Source of the DNA: Haliotis cracherodii
Taxonomy: Eukaryota
Assembly (NCBI RefSeq): GCF_022045235.1
Contig: NW_027266330.1
Location: forward strand, 44,268,001-44,332,000
DNA: 64,000 bases
Reading direction: 5' to 3'
The notes below the pieces were generated by a model. That model was not told the DNA's origin and did not search any database. It saw nothing but the letters and a program-made list of their open reading frames with translations. Positions 1 through 13,352 of the stretch are shown here, one piece after another (position 1 is the first letter of the stretch; each line of letters begins with the position of its first letter). Both the position numbers and the translations under genes were made by a program.

Positions 1-112
1 TTAAAGACTAGGGAGAATTGCACTAATCTAATTCTGCGATACCGACCATGACCATAACTAAATTGACCCCTAAATCAGACCTTGGAGCTATCGCTCTGGA
101 TCCTTTACTTAC

Positions 113-269
113 TGAGAAATGACACCTTTTTCTGGAGTTGGTCTAATGTTTGGCACGTCTGAATCGATAACACATAACCAGCGTAGTATTGGGTGTCAGA
201 GGTTATAGCCGCGGGAACCTGCCGATAACCATCCATAGTCTGCTAATAGGCTGCCCCAACATACTGTCA
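113..269 (-). pseudogene. Exon-like block (*QYVGAAY*QTMDGYRQVPAAITSDTQYYAGYVLSIQTCQTLDQLQKKVSFL)
   Basis: Acceptor atttttcag and strong donor gtaagt. The two stops (TGA, TAG) are each one C>T from CGA/CAG. Alternatively a live first coding exon from ACTATGG (ATG at 236). Confidence 0.55.
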
Positions 270-334
270 CTGAAAAATATTTATTCTAAGACATCTTTTG
301 TTTACAAAGACACTTGGATATTCGCTAGAGACAC

Positions 335-486
335 CATGATTTGCTGTTTACAAGATGATAAAACATTGTCCAGCTGGCCTATGGCGTGTCTGAAGTATAC
401 ATCACATACATGCCTCATCAGATACATCCCATCCTTTAGTGACACAAGAAAACATGATGTCATCTTGGTGTATGTATACTTGTAGC
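335..486 (-). pseudogene. Exon-like block, 50 open codons (YKYTYTKMTSCFLVSLKDG...SSCKQQIM)
   Basis: Open frame between an AG and a GT. It joins the 113-269 block in frame through a 65-nt GT-AG intron. Splice sites are only moderate. Confidence 0.4.
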
Positions 487-679
487 CTTGTTATGCATTT
501 AATACATATGGATATAATGTCAGCGTAATGAATTACGGTACCAGCGTAATGAAGATAGTATGCAGCATACACTTGTGGTATATAATATATTAGTAAAAAT
601 AAAAAAATATAATTACGAAAGATATTTTCGTTGCATATCCGCTGTTAATAGTAGACAAAGCTATGTTGTCATAGTTTAC

Positions 680-960
680 TACGCAATACTGTAAGGGACA
701 TTCTGGCGATCTCGCATTCTCGCGACTTCGACCTTTCTAAAGGAGCTAAATATGCCAAAATCTTGCGTTCTCGCGATCTCGCATTCTCGGTTTTTTTGGT
801 ACTTTGCACGTTTGGTCAAAAGTCGACAACGCGAGAATGCGACATTTGGACAAGATGTAAAATCTCGCAATCTCGACTTGAAAATTAGGCCACAAAAACA
901 CGAAATCGCGAGAACGCGAGAATGCGATTTGCGTTTTCGCGTCTAAAAGACGCTGTTCGT
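680..960. mobile_element. CpG-rich element with inverted internal motifs, probable non-autonomous DNA transposon (MITE) fragment
   Basis: GCGATCTCGCATTCTCG motifs on the left and complementary CGCGAGAATGCGA motifs on the right, in AT-rich surroundings. No TIR/TSD pair identified. Confidence 0.45.
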
Positions 961-1132
961 GCACATGCATGATATCATAAGATCAGGGCGCATGCGCACG
1001 TTAGTAGTCCTGTGGTTATGCTTCTTTCATGTTCTTCATTCTCCAAGTAGCATTTAGCAAATTTATGACTTGAGCTTGAAAATGCTATGTAATTGACATA
1101 CACAAAGACCTATATAGACTAAGACTAGAGTA

Positions 1133-4100
1133 GAGTCCCTCCTCGTGTGTACAGGTTGGGTGAACACAAGGGTGACAGGTCCCTCCTCATGTGTACTGGT
1201 TGGGTGAACACAAGGGTGACAGGTCCCTCCTCATGTGTACTGGTTGGGTGAACACAAGGGTGACAGGTCCCTCCTCGTATGTACTGGCTGGGTGAACACA
1301 AGGGTGACAGGTCCCTCCTCATGTGTACTGGTTGGGTGAACACAAGGGTGACAGGTCCCTCCTCATGTGTAGAGGTTGGGTGAACACAAGGGTGACAGGT
1401 CCCTCCTCGTATGTACTGGCTGGGTGAACACAAGGGTGACAGGTCCCTCCTCATGTGTACTGGTTGGGTGAACACAAGGGTGACAGGTCCCTCCTCGTAT
1501 GTACTGGCTGGGTGAACACAAGGGTGACAGGTCCCTCCTCATGTGTACTGGTTGGGTGAACACAAGGGTGACAGGTCCCTCCTCGTATGTACTGGCTGGG
1601 TGAACACAAGGGTGACAGGTCCCTCCTCATGTGTACTGGTTGGGTGAACACAAGGGTGACAGGTCCCTCCTCCTGTGTACTGGTTGGGTGAACACAAGGG
1701 TGACAGGTCCCTCCTCGTGTGTACTGGCTGGGTGAACACAAGGGTGACAGGTCCCTCCTCGTGTGTACTAGTTGAACACAAGGGTGACAGATCCCTCCTC
1801 GTGTGTACTGGCTGGGTGAACACAAGGGTGACAGGTCCCTCCTCGTGTGTACTGGTTGGGTGAACACAAGGGTGACAGATCCCTCCTCCTGTGTACTGGT
1901 TGGGTGAACACAAGGGTGACAGGTCCCTCCTCGTGTGTACTGGTTGGGTGAACACAAGGGTGACAGATCCCTCCTCGTGTGTACTGGCTGGGGGAACACA
2001 AGGGTGACAGGTCCCTCCTCCTGTGTACTGGCTGGGTGAACACAAGGGTGACAGGTCCCTCCTCATGTGTACTGGTTGGGTGAACACAAGGGTGACAGGT
2101 CCCTCCTCGTGTGTACTGGTTGGGTGAACACAAGGGTGACAGATCCCTCCTCGTGTGTACTGGCTGGGTGAACACAAGGGTGACAGATCCCTCCTCGTGT
2201 GTACTAGTTGAACACAAGGGTGACAGATCCCTCCTCGTGTGTACTGGCTGGGTGAACACAAGGGTGACAGGTCCCTCCTCCTGTGTACTGGTTGGGTGAA
2301 CACAAGGGTGACAGGTCCCTCCTCGTGTGTACTGGTTGGGTGAACACAAGGGTGACAGGTCCCTCCTCATGTGTACTGGCTGGGTGAACACAAGGGTGAC
2401 AGATCCCTCCTCGTGTGTACTAGTTGAACACAAGGGTGACAGATCCCTCCTCGTGTGTACTGGCTGGGTGAACACAAGGGTGACAGGTCCCTCCTCGTGT
2501 GTACTAGTTGAACACAAGGGTGACAGGTCCCTCCTCGTGTGTACTGGTTGGGTGAACACAAGGGTGACAGGTCCCTCCTCGTGTGTACTGGTTGGGTGAA
2601 CACAAGGGTGACAGGTCCCTCCTCATGTGTAGAGGTTGGGTGAACACAAGGGTGACAGGTCCCTCCTCGTATGTACTGGCTGGGTGAACACAAGGGGGAC
2701 AGGTCCCTCCTCATGTGTACTGGTTGGGTGAACACAAGGGTGACAGGTCCCTCCTCGTATGTACTGGCTGGGTGAACACAAGGGTGACAGGTCCCTCCTC
2801 ATGTGTACTGGTTGGGTGAACACAAGGGTGACAGGTCCCTCCTCGTGTGTACTGGTTGGGTGAACACAAGGGTGACAGGTCCCTCCTCGTGTGTACTAGT
2901 TGAACACAAGGGTGACAGATCCCTCCTCGTGTGTACTGGTTGGGTGAACACAAGGGTGACAGATCCCTCCTCGTGTGTACTGGTTGGGTGAACACAAGGG
3001 TGACAGGTCCCTCCTCATGTGTACTGGTTGGGTGAACACAAGGGTGACAGGTCCCTCCTCATGTGTAGAGGTTGGGTGAACACAAGGGTGACAGGTCCCT
3101 CCTCATGTGTACTGGTTGGGTGAACACAAGGGTGACAGGTCCCTCCTCGTGTGTACTAGTTGAACACAAGGGTGACAGATCCCTCCTCGTGTGTACTGGT
3201 TGGGTGAACACAAGGGTGACAGATCCCTCCTCCTGTGTACTGGTTGGGTGAACACAAGGGTGACAGGTCCCTCCTCATGTGTACTGGTTGGGTGAACACA
3301 AGGGTGACAGGTCCCTCCTCATGTGTAGAGGTTGGGTGAACACAAGGGTGACAGGTCCCTCCTCGTATGTACTGGCTGGGTGAACACAAGGGTGACAGGT
3401 CCCTCCTCATGTGTACTGGTTGGGTGAACACAAGGGTGACAGGTCCCTCCTCGTATGTACTGGCTGGGTGAACACAAGGGTGACAGGTCCCTCCTCCTGT
3501 GTACTGGTTGGGTGAACACAAGGGTGACAGGTCCCTCCTCGTATGTACTGGCTGGGTGAACACAAGGGTGACAGGTCCCTCCTCATGTGTACTGGTTGGG
3601 TGAACACAAGGGTGACAGGTCCCTCCTCGTATGTACTGGCTGGGTGAACACAAGGGTGACAGGTCCCTCCTCATGTGTACTGGTTGGGTGAACACAAGGG
3701 TGACAGGTCCCTCCTCATGTGTAGAGGTTGGGTGAACACAAGGGTGACAGGTCCCTCCTCGTATGTACTGGCTGGGTGAACACAAGGGTGACAGGTCCCT
3801 CCTCATGTGTACTGGTTGGGTGAACACAAGGGTGACAGGTCCCTCCTCGTGTGTACTGGTTGGGTGAACACAAGGGTGACAGGTCCCTCTTCCTGTGTAC
3901 TGGTTGGGTGAACACAACGGTGACAGGTCCCTCCTCGTGTGTACTAGTTGAACACAAGGGTGACAGATCCCTCCTCGTGTGTACTGGCTGGGTGAACACA
4001 AGGGTGACAGGTCCCTCCTCCTGTGTACTGGTTGGGTGAACACAAGGGTGACAGGTCCCTCCTCGTGTGTACTAGTTGAACACAAGGGTGACAGATCCCT

Positions 4101-4532
4101 CCTCGTGTGTACTGGCTGGGTGAACACAAGGGGGACAGGTCCCTCCTCATGTGTACTGGTTGGGTGAACACAAGGGTTGACAGGTACCTCCTCGTGTGTA
4201 CTGGCTGGGTGAACACAAGGGTGACAGGTCCCTCCTCGTATGTACTGGCTGGGTGAACACAAGGGGGACAGGTCCCTCCTCGTGTGTACTGGCTGGGTGA
4301 ACACAAGGGTTGACAGGTACCTCCTCGTGTGTACTAGTTGAACACAAGGGTGACAGATCCCTCCTCGTGTGTACTGGCTGGGTGAACACAAGGGTGACAG
4401 GTCCCTCCTCGTATGTACTGGCTGGGTGAACACAAGGGTTGACAGGTACCTCCTCATGTGTACTGGCTGGGTCAACACAACGGTGACAGGTCCCTCCTCA
4501 TGTGTACTGGCTGGGTCAACACAACGGTGACA
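1133..4532. repeat. 44-bp minisatellite (~78 units, with 40- and 45-bp variants)
   Basis: Unit GGGTGAACACAAGGGTGACAGGTCCCTCCTCGTGTGTACTGGTT. Confidence 0.98.
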
Positions 4533-4972
4533 GAAGACAGTGAATATGTGACTGAAGTGTGACAAAAACTATATGGATACATAATAGTGAGTTTCATACA
4601 AACAACGTTAGTAATGTATTGATAGGTCTCTTTGCTTTGAGAATAATTGAAGAGAGCAGAAGTCTATATCCCGATTTCAGGCATCGTGGCCCATCGTGGC
4701 CCACAATTGCTAGTTTACATGTGATAAGGTGGATGACATTTGAGTGGGGTTTTTTTCGAGTGCGAAAACTATTTTGAATGAATTATACACAGCAGTATTT
4801 AAGACACTATGATCCACAGAACAAGGTCATAACGAACAGAGTCGTTATGTACAGAACTAATTCATAAGTCCACTATATGGGATATTAACCTTGACGCGAG
4901 TAGCGAAATCAGTATAACGAATTAATGGCAACGGTAATGATTTATAACTCCATGTATAAATTTTGTAAGTGA

Positions 4973-5036
4973 TGTATCGCTATATAAGTGCAATAATCTT
5001 GAACGCGACGTAAAGCCCATTTCACAAACATCACTC
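4973..5036 (+). mobile_element. 3' end fragment of SINE family D
   Basis: tcgctatataagtgcaataatcttgaacgcgacgtaaagcccatttcac matches 16533-16583. Confidence 0.75.
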
Positions 5037-6383
5037 AGTAAAATCGCTTGGTGTGAAAATATGACAAAACACATGGTGGCAAATCAGATAAAACTAAGTA
5101 GGGACAGTCAACACGGGGCAAAATCAAACAGATACCCTAAAAGTGTTACCTATAATGCAAGGAGGTACGGGGGCTATGAATTTAATTGAAGATATGCTGA
5201 TTTGGATAAAGACATCAGTCACTTCAGCGAATGAGATCTCACGACTCGCTCCCAAAGCATTTCGTAGCATGCCCTAATTAAAGGATCAATGGCAATTCTT
5301 TAAAGAGGCTTTAAATCTCTTGGGTTAGATCCGACGTCTGCTAAATCCTCCAAACCTTCAGCATACTCCCCTTGGTCCAATTACTTTAAATATCAATTTA
5401 TCAGGAAGTTTTCCCATGTTCGAGAGGCGCTAATTTACAATTTTCCGCTTGTCGTTTTCCTTATCGTCTGCTGCACTTTTGGCAGACGACAACACAAGAT
5501 TTAGCCAAAATGCACCTCGAGCTAGGGGACCAATTGCCTGTCAGCATTTCTTTACGTCCAGGACCGGTCATACGAGGACGTGTAATTTTGATTAAAAAAC
5601 CGACCGTTATTCCGAACAAGTTTCCGGAGCCGAGAAAATTAAAGAGGTGATTTTTGTCAGAATCAATATGTCATTTCATGGGGACAGTCCCCCAGTGAGA
5701 AATATGTCTGAAGCCTTAGTCTATAAAATATCAGAACAATATTGAATCGGTTTTCATCGCAATTTTATGGTAATTTACAGGATCCTTTCTAGATTTTTTG
5801 CCATTCTTCGCCAATATAAAATGTTCTTCCTAATTTATTAGTTTCAGACCGATGTCGAGGTTTAAAGTTAAAAACTCAACCCTCACGCGATAAACAACTG
5901 TAACGTGCTCTGTATGAAGAAATATTTGTTACACAACCAGGTCGCTGTACGGAGCCAACAACATCATTATCTCGCAAACGCCTTTCCCGTGCACGGGAAA
6001 CTGTCGTTAACTTTCACTTACATTACCTCAGTGATAAACAGGAGCTTATCACCATCTGTTTTAGATGTCTCCCCGAGAGTACGAATGATAATGGCCATAT
6101 ACTACTTATGGTTTCAGGTTTGTTAAAAACGTCGAGAACAGCAATGATTTAGGCCGTTGTAAACGATAATGCAAGAACAATATGTTCCACATTTCCTCCA
6201 GAACTACTGGATGGATTAGCTGACATTTTCCACTTTGATTCAACTCTCGTGTCAGCAATTAGATACTGGTGTGGGGAGCGACAGGAACTCTTCGCATTAT
6301 AACGTACTGTAATGGAAAGAATTATAAAGAATGTGTACAAGGTAGAATCGCTGGCATCAAGAGGCCATTATGTACACATAATT

Positions 6384-6544
6384 ATAAGATAGCTACGCGA
6401 TAAATCGCAAAGGGCAACGAAGAACGAAGCGTGGTTTATTTCAAGATAAAACATTGTTCTGTCATGACGTCATTTCTCGAGATTCGAATATGCGCTTGCA
6501 ATTTGATGACGTCATGTATTGGACGACGTTATTTATGAGAGGGA
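6384..6544 (+). repeat. ~160-bp dispersed repeat, copy 1
   Basis: Aligns by eye (roughly 80%) to the reverse complement of 17554-17714. Confidence 0.85.
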
Positions 6545-6619
6545 TGTGTCCAGTAAGTTGTTCCCATAGATGTAATTAAGCAGATAAACGCAGTGGCCGA
6601 CCGATCGCCCAAACGATGG

Positions 6620-8100
6620 GAAGCAGTTTAAATGCACGGTGTATGGGGGCTTCAAGAGGCATATCCGCATGATACGAGGCAGTTTAAATGCATGGTACTT
6701 TGAGGCATGAAGAGGTTTATTCACTTCGATATGACACAGTTTAAATGCATGGTAAATAAATGGAAGCTTCAAAAGACATTGGAATTCCATCAGGCAGTTT
6801 AAATGCATGGTAAAAGGGGGCTTCAAGGGCATATTCACATGATATGATGCAGATTAAATGCGTGGTAAACAGCAGCTTCAAGAGGCATATTCTCATGATA
6901 TGATGCAGTTTAAATGCATGGTTAATGAGGGCTTCAAGAGGCATATCGCATGATATGATGCAGTATAAATGCGTGGTAAATAGAGACGTAAAGAGGCATA
7001 TCAACATAATATGATGCAGTTTAGATGCGTGATAAATGGAGACGTTATGATGCATATCAACATAATATAATGTAGTTTAAATACGTGGTAAATGGAGACG
7101 TTAAGAGGCATATCCACATAATATGATGCAGTTTAAATGCGTGGTAAATAGAGACGTAAAGAGGTATATCAACATAATATAATGTAGTTTAAATGCGTGG
7201 TAAATAGAGACGTTAAGAGGCATATCAACATAATATAATGTAGTTTAAATACGTGGTAAATGGAGACGTTAAGAGGCATATCCACATAATATGATGCAGT
7301 TTAAATGCGTGGTAAATTGAGACGTTAAGAGGCATATCAACATAATATAATGTAGTTTAAATACGTGGTAAATGGAGACGTTAAGAGGCATATCCACATA
7401 ATATGATGCAGTTTAATTGCATGGTAAATAGAGACGTTAAGAGGCATATCAACATAATATAATGCAGTTTAAATGCGTGGTAAATAGAGACGTTAAGAGG
7501 CATATCCACATAATATGATGCAGTTTAAATGCGTGGTAAATTGAGACGTTAAGAGGCATATCAACATAATATAATGTAGTTTAAATACGTGGTAAATGGA
7601 GACGTTAAGAGGCATATCCACATAATATGATGCAGTTTAAATACGTGGTAAATTGAGACGTTAAGAGGCATATCCACATAATATGATGCAGTTTAAATGC
7701 GTGGTAAATGGAGACGTTAAAAGGCATATCAACATAATATAATGCAGTTTAAATGCGTGGTAAATGGAGACGTTAAGAGGCATATCAACATAATATAATG
7801 TAGTTTAAATGCGTGGTAAATGGAGACGTTAAGAGGCATATCAACATAATATAATGTAGTTTAAATGCGTGGTAAATGGAGACGTTAAGAGGCATATCAA
7901 CATAATATAATGCAGTTTAAATGCGTGGTAAATGGAGACGTTAAGAGGCATATCAACATAATATAATGTAGTTTGAATACGTGGTAAATGGAGGCGTTAA
8001 GAGGCATATCCACATAATATGATGCAGTTTAAATGCGTGGTAAATGGAGACGTTTAGAGTTATATACACATAATATGAGGCGTCATAACTGCGTTGTAAA
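6620..8100. repeat. 56-bp minisatellite (~26 units, degenerate edges)
   Basis: Unit GCAGTTTAAATGCGTGGTAAATGGAGACGTTAAGAGGCATATCAACATAATATRAT. Confidence 0.97.
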
Positions 8101-8517
8101 TAATGGCTTCAAAAGGGATTTTGGCAGAGGGGTATGTAGCACTAACAAGGCTACCATGCACGTTCCAAACCTTCATTCAAATATCGCTGCCAAACCACAC
8201 GACAAATGTAAAAAAAAACAAAAAAGACACAAACGTCGCCTCATGTTTTAAAGTTTTTGAATCAATGGTGTTTAACGTTTCGATTGGCACAAGTGAACTT
8301 TAGACTAATGCACTCATATCTATGAATATCTAGACATAAATATGACACTCCATAAATAAACTGAAAGTAACCTTGATTTTTTTCAGTTATCGTTGCCAAA
8401 TTAAACCAAGGAAAAGTAGTTTTAGCTTTTTCTTATGCCACCAATTGCAATGCAGTCTTTGTTCACTTTGTTGAGCACACATTAGCCTACACATGCATCT
8501 TCACACACATGAATCCA

Positions 8518-8980
8518 TAGAAATAGACATTGTTATGACTATGATTTGCCTTATCATTTTGCACTGTGATTTTGTTTATGCCTGACAGAAACCATTTTGT
8601 CTCATGTCTGATTGATAAACTTGATGTTGATGTATATGTGAAAACAGATATGCTTGACGACGATAGTATGCTTCCATTCTTTCTCGATGCAGATGTTCAT
8701 GACTTGACTGACGAAACTGATTACGATACTTGGCAAATCATCACACTGTCTTTCTGCCACTTTATATGGAATTGAAGAAATACCTTATGTATATCTACTA
8801 CACTTATACCTTACTGCTCACAAAATGTACATTGAAAATTGTTTATTCATAGCATTGTATAACATGATTTCATTGTATATAGTCAAGTAATCTAATTGAT
8901 GTATTGTAAATAATGTATTTGCCTTTGTAAAATCTTCGGATTCAACTCTGGAGAAAAAAAGGGAAATTTATTCATTCATT
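8518..8980 (+). mobile_element. 5'-truncated non-LTR retroposon 3' end with long target-site duplication
   Basis: (TTCA)n tail, flanked by the direct repeat atcttcacacacatgaatcca at 8497-8517 and 8986-9006. Confidence 0.7.
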
Positions 8981-9194
8981 CATGAATCTTCACACACATG
9001 AATCCAATAAACAGTTTTGAGTTATTTAAAATGTGACAGAAAACCATTTAATGATAATCCTCACCAGTTCAGGCTTGGAGACCTTATACATTTTACAGGG
9101 AAAACTCTATACAGGAATATGTTACTATAAACATGAGGGAATCTGCTCCTAGATACATGCGTTTCCCCAAACAGTCAAACAGTCAAACAGTTAC

Positions 9195-9800
9195 AGAGCA
9201 ACTGCATTGGTCATGTTGTTACGTAACAACTGCATTGGTCATGTTGTTACGTAACAATTGCATTGGTTAAGCAGTCATGTATTGGTCAAGCAGTTACGTA
9301 CTAAGGGAATTGGTTGAGCAATTACGTAACAACTCAATTGGTCAATCAGTTACGTAAGAACTGTATTGGTCAATCAGTCACGAAACACATGTATTTATCA
9401 AGCAGTAACAACTGTATTGGTCAAGCAGTCAAATAACACATGTATTGATCAAGCAGTCATGTAACAACTGAATTGGTCAATCAGTTACGTAAGAACTGTA
9501 TTGGTCAATCAGTCACGTAACACATGTATTTATCAAGCAGTAACAACTGTATTAGTCAAGCAGTTACGTAACACGTGTATTGATCAAGCAGTCATGTAAC
9601 AACTGAATTGGTCAATCAGTTACGTAAGAACTGTATTGGTCAACCAGTCACGTAACACATTTATTTATCAAGCAGTAACAACTGTATTGGTTAAGCAGTT
9701 ACGTACTAAGTGTATTGGTTGAGCAATTGCCTAATAACTGTATTGGTCTAGCAGTCACGTAACACATGTGTTGGTCAACCAGTTAGGTAGCAACTGTATC
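9195..9800. repeat. Degenerate 28-bp minisatellite
   Basis: Unit GCAGTTACGTAACAACTGTATTGGTCAA, with shortened variants. Confidence 0.9.
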
Positions 9801-9814
9801 AAGTTGTACCATAC

Positions 9815-9872
9815 CATGACATGACATGACATGACATGACATGACATGACATGACATGACATGACATGACAT
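9815..9872. repeat. (CATGA)n microsatellite
   Basis: Direct reading. Confidence 0.95.
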
Positions 9873-10489
9873 ATGTAATATTGCCGTCATTTCAATGTCG
9901 TTTTAAGTACGAAGATCAGGTCGTAAACTATTTAACCAGACATTCAATCAAATAATGTACCTCTCGCAAACAAATCAAAGAGATTCTTATAGGATCCTTC
10001 CAAACAACCTTAGTGATATTCTGGCTATTGTTTCCTAAAATGAAATCAATGATTATGCCAGACTTGATATGTGTGCCTGTTATAAGAAGCACCGAGGTGG
10101 CATTGCCGGCACGCATAAGTCGGTAACGGTCGTTTCCATGTACGGAGGAATTGCGTGCAAACACTAATGTACTCATCAAAGTTTCATACGTCTTCATGAA
10201 ACTGTTTACATTAATAACACGGGATAAAGGTGTCGTAGGATGTAGTTATTCTTGAAGAACAGGGTCGATTGCATCCACTTGCAATGCAGAGATCAGTTGT
10301 TCATTTACTACACGAAACTTGCAGTTTCGTAACATTTAACCCTTGTCGGGCATTAATTTGAACCATTGTGAAAAGGTTAAAATACAAAAAAGATATTTCC
10401 AAACATCAAAGTACATGCTTTCCTCATTATATATGTGTGAGCTCCTCCATGTATGGATGACAATTTTTGACTCTTGTATTGGGACGGAT

Positions 10490-11800
10490 AATGTGCTAGA
10501 TCCTCCTCTACATGTAACGTGCTTGATCGGCTTTTACGTGTATAATAAGTTATATCCTCCTCTTCGAGCATGTTACGTGTTAGATCCTCCTCTGGGAGCA
10601 TGTAATATGTTAGATTCCCCTCTACATGAAATGTGTTACATCCCCCTTTACATGCAATGTGTTACATCCCCATATACATGCAATGTGTTACATTCCCCTG
10701 TACATGTAATGTGTTACATCCCCCTGTACATTTAATGTGTTACATTCTCCTGTACATGCAATATGTTACAAACCCCTGTACATGTAGTGCGTTACATCAT
10801 CCTGTACATAAAATGTGTTACATCCCCCTGTACATAAAATGTATTAAACATCCCTGTAGTGCAATGTGTTACATCCCCCTGTACATGCAATGTGTTACAT
10901 CCCACTGTACATGCTTTGTATATATCCCCCTGTACATGCAATGTGTTACATCCTCCTGTACATGCAATGTGTTAAATACTCCTGTACATGCAATGTGTTA
11001 CATCCCCCTGTACATGCAATGTGTTACATCCCCCTGTACATGCAATGTGTTACATCCCCCTGTACATGCAATGTGTTACATCCCCCTGTACATGCAATGT
11101 GTTACATCCTCCTGTACATGCAATGTGTTACATCCCCCTGTACATGCAATGTGTTACATCCCCCTGTACATGCAATATGTTACATCCCCCTGTACATGCA
11201 ATGTGTTACATCCCCCTGTACATGCAATATGTTACATCCCCCTGTACATGCAATATGTTAAATACTCCTGTACATGCAATATGTTACATCCCCCTGTACA
11301 TGCAATGTGTTACATCCTCCTGTACATGCAATATGTTACATCCCCTTGTACATGCAATGTGTTACATCCCCCTGTACATGCAATGTGTTACATCCTCCTG
11401 TACATGCAATGTGTTACATCCTCCTGTACATGCAATATGTTACATCCCCCTGTACATGCAATGTGTTACATCCCCCTGTACATGCAATGTGTTACATCCT
11501 CCTGTACATGCAATGTGTTACATCCTCCTGTACATTTAATGTGTTACATCCTCCTGTACATGCAATATGTTACATCCCCCTGTACATACAATGTGTTACA
11601 TCCCCCTGTACGTGCAATGTGTTACATCCTCCTGTACATTTAATGTGTTACATTCTCCTGTACATGCAATGTGTTACATCCCCCTGTTTCACGTAATGTG
11701 TTACATCCCCCTGTACATGCAATGTGTTACATCCTCCTGTACATGCAATGTGTTACATCCCCCTGTTTCACGTAATGTGTTACACACACCCCTACGATGT
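10490..11800. repeat. 26-bp minisatellite (~50 units), with degenerate remnants again at ~12265-12390
   Basis: Unit TGTACATGCAATGTGTTACATCCCCC. Confidence 0.97.
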
Positions 11801-11904
11801 TAAAGAGGTATATCCACACAAAAACTTGTCTCATATTAGCAACTTGTTTCTTTGTAACAGAGTAAAATAAGCAAGGGTCTGTGACCTTTGGAGAATGGAC
11901 AAAT

Positions 11905-12256
11905 GTGACAAGAGGTGCACTCTTTCATCAGAACAATGCCCAAATCGGTCATTGCCACGGCTACTATCCACGAGTGTGACCTTGAGCTCCTGAACCACCC
12001 ACCTTATTCTCGTCATCCATGTTTTCCCAAACAATTAGAAAGCGCCAACTGGAACCCATTTCGACTCGAACAAGGATGTTATAGCAGCCTTTGGAAAGCC
12101 AAGAAAAGGGGTTTACGAAACTGGAATAAAAACCCTCCAACATCGTTGGCAAAAGTGTATCAATGTGGAAGGGGATTATATTAAAAAATATGTCATTGTA
12201 ACGTATTGTCACGTATTTTTTCTACGTAAGGGTCAGAACTGATCAATCAATCCTCG
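11905..12256 (+). mobile_element. Mariner DNA transposon, decayed 3' half with right TIR
   Basis: Frameshifted translation GALFHQNNA..SVIATATIHECDLELLNHPPYS..YETGIKTLQHRWQKCINVEGDYIKK matches the mariner transposase C-terminus (FHQDNA, HPPYSPDL). Ends ...tcaatcaatcctcg followed by TA. Confidence 0.9.
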
Positions 12257-12626
12257 TAAATAGCCTTATATGTGATCCTTGAAATAAGTTAGATCTTCCC
12301 CTACGTGTAATGTGTTAGATCTTCTTGTGCGTCTAATCTGTTAGTTCTCTCTCTTCGTGGATTTGTATCGGATCTTCCTCTCCGTGTACACACGTGCTTG
12401 AAGCCATATGCGCTCAAACATGACATCTTGTACATGTGAAAACCCCACTAGATGTTTCGACATCCACTACTTGTACATATATAAGACTGGCGGTGTGTAC
12501 GAGTTTAGATTGTTACGAGGTGATTTACAAAGGTTAACCCAGAATTCAGAAATAAAATCTCATGCGTTAATCTTAAACTACGTGTATTGGAATTAACACT
12601 TCATCACATCTGACTAAATTCAATAC

Positions 12627-12816
12627 CTTGTTCACACTATATCACATATGATGATGTGTGCTTTGATTCCTTGCTGAAGCAGTTACGAGTTAGTTCTACA
12701 TTATAGACAATGGCAGATATTCAATATCACGGTATCAGTCAGTCGTACCAATCAACGTTCTGGTGAGCGACTTGGAAGCAATGTCATCAAAGTATCCAGC
12801 TCGAGATAAATAACAC
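12627..12816 (-). pseudogene. Exon-like block with stops
   Basis: Acceptor atcgttttag and donor AAG/gtattg. Preceded by an 88-nt gtacgt...ag intron (12817-12904). Confidence 0.4.
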
Positions 12817-13149
12817 CTAAAACGATTTACTTATTCTTTTATGATAGTTGTTTCATGAGAAATCCGATAATGGATGTGAAAAAGCGAAAATTGAAAGAAC
12901 GTACGTGTCTGCCCAAGCAGCACATAGTGTACTGTCACACCCGATTGTATCAGAGGACTCTTTTTCTGCTCCTGGAGGACGTTTTAACCATGTCAGTCAC
13001 TGGCCACTTTAAGGTATTCCATCCTCATACGTAGACGGAGAAGAAAGATTAAACATTTCCTTTCACATCTGCCTTTTATGCAATGGGAAGTAAATTAATG
13101 AGGGTTGGTGTTAGTATAACAGGTATCAAAGAAAGAACAACAAAAATGT

Positions 13150-13352
13150 ATTGCTATTGCATCTCCACGTACGTAAAGGAAGAATGAGACTCTAGCTATC
13201 TTGTGTCTCCACGTATGTAGAGGAAGAATGAGACTGTAGCTATCTTTTATCTCCACATGTGTAGAGGAGGAATAAGGCTGTAGCTATCTTTTATCTCCAC
13301 ATGTGTAGAAGAAGAATGAGGCTGTAGCTATCTTGTATCTCCACATGTGTAA
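13150..13352. repeat. 44-bp tandem repeat (~4.5 units)
   Basis: Unit GTAGCTATCTTKTATCTCCACATGTGTAGAGGAAGAATGAGRCT. Confidence 0.9.

Noticed and set aside
189-485. 98-aa plus-strand ORF
   Set aside because: Non-ATG start and no recognisable motif. The splice signals favour the minus strand.
1133-4532. CRISPR-like regular repeats (also the other arrays)
   Set aside because: Units are head-to-tail with no unique spacers, there are no cas genes, and the context is eukaryotic.
5145-5880. Possible non-autonomous DNA transposon (similar hints near 14970, 19110 and 55430)
   Set aside because: Only compositional hints or a single TIR-like end. No paired termini, TSD or second copy in the window.
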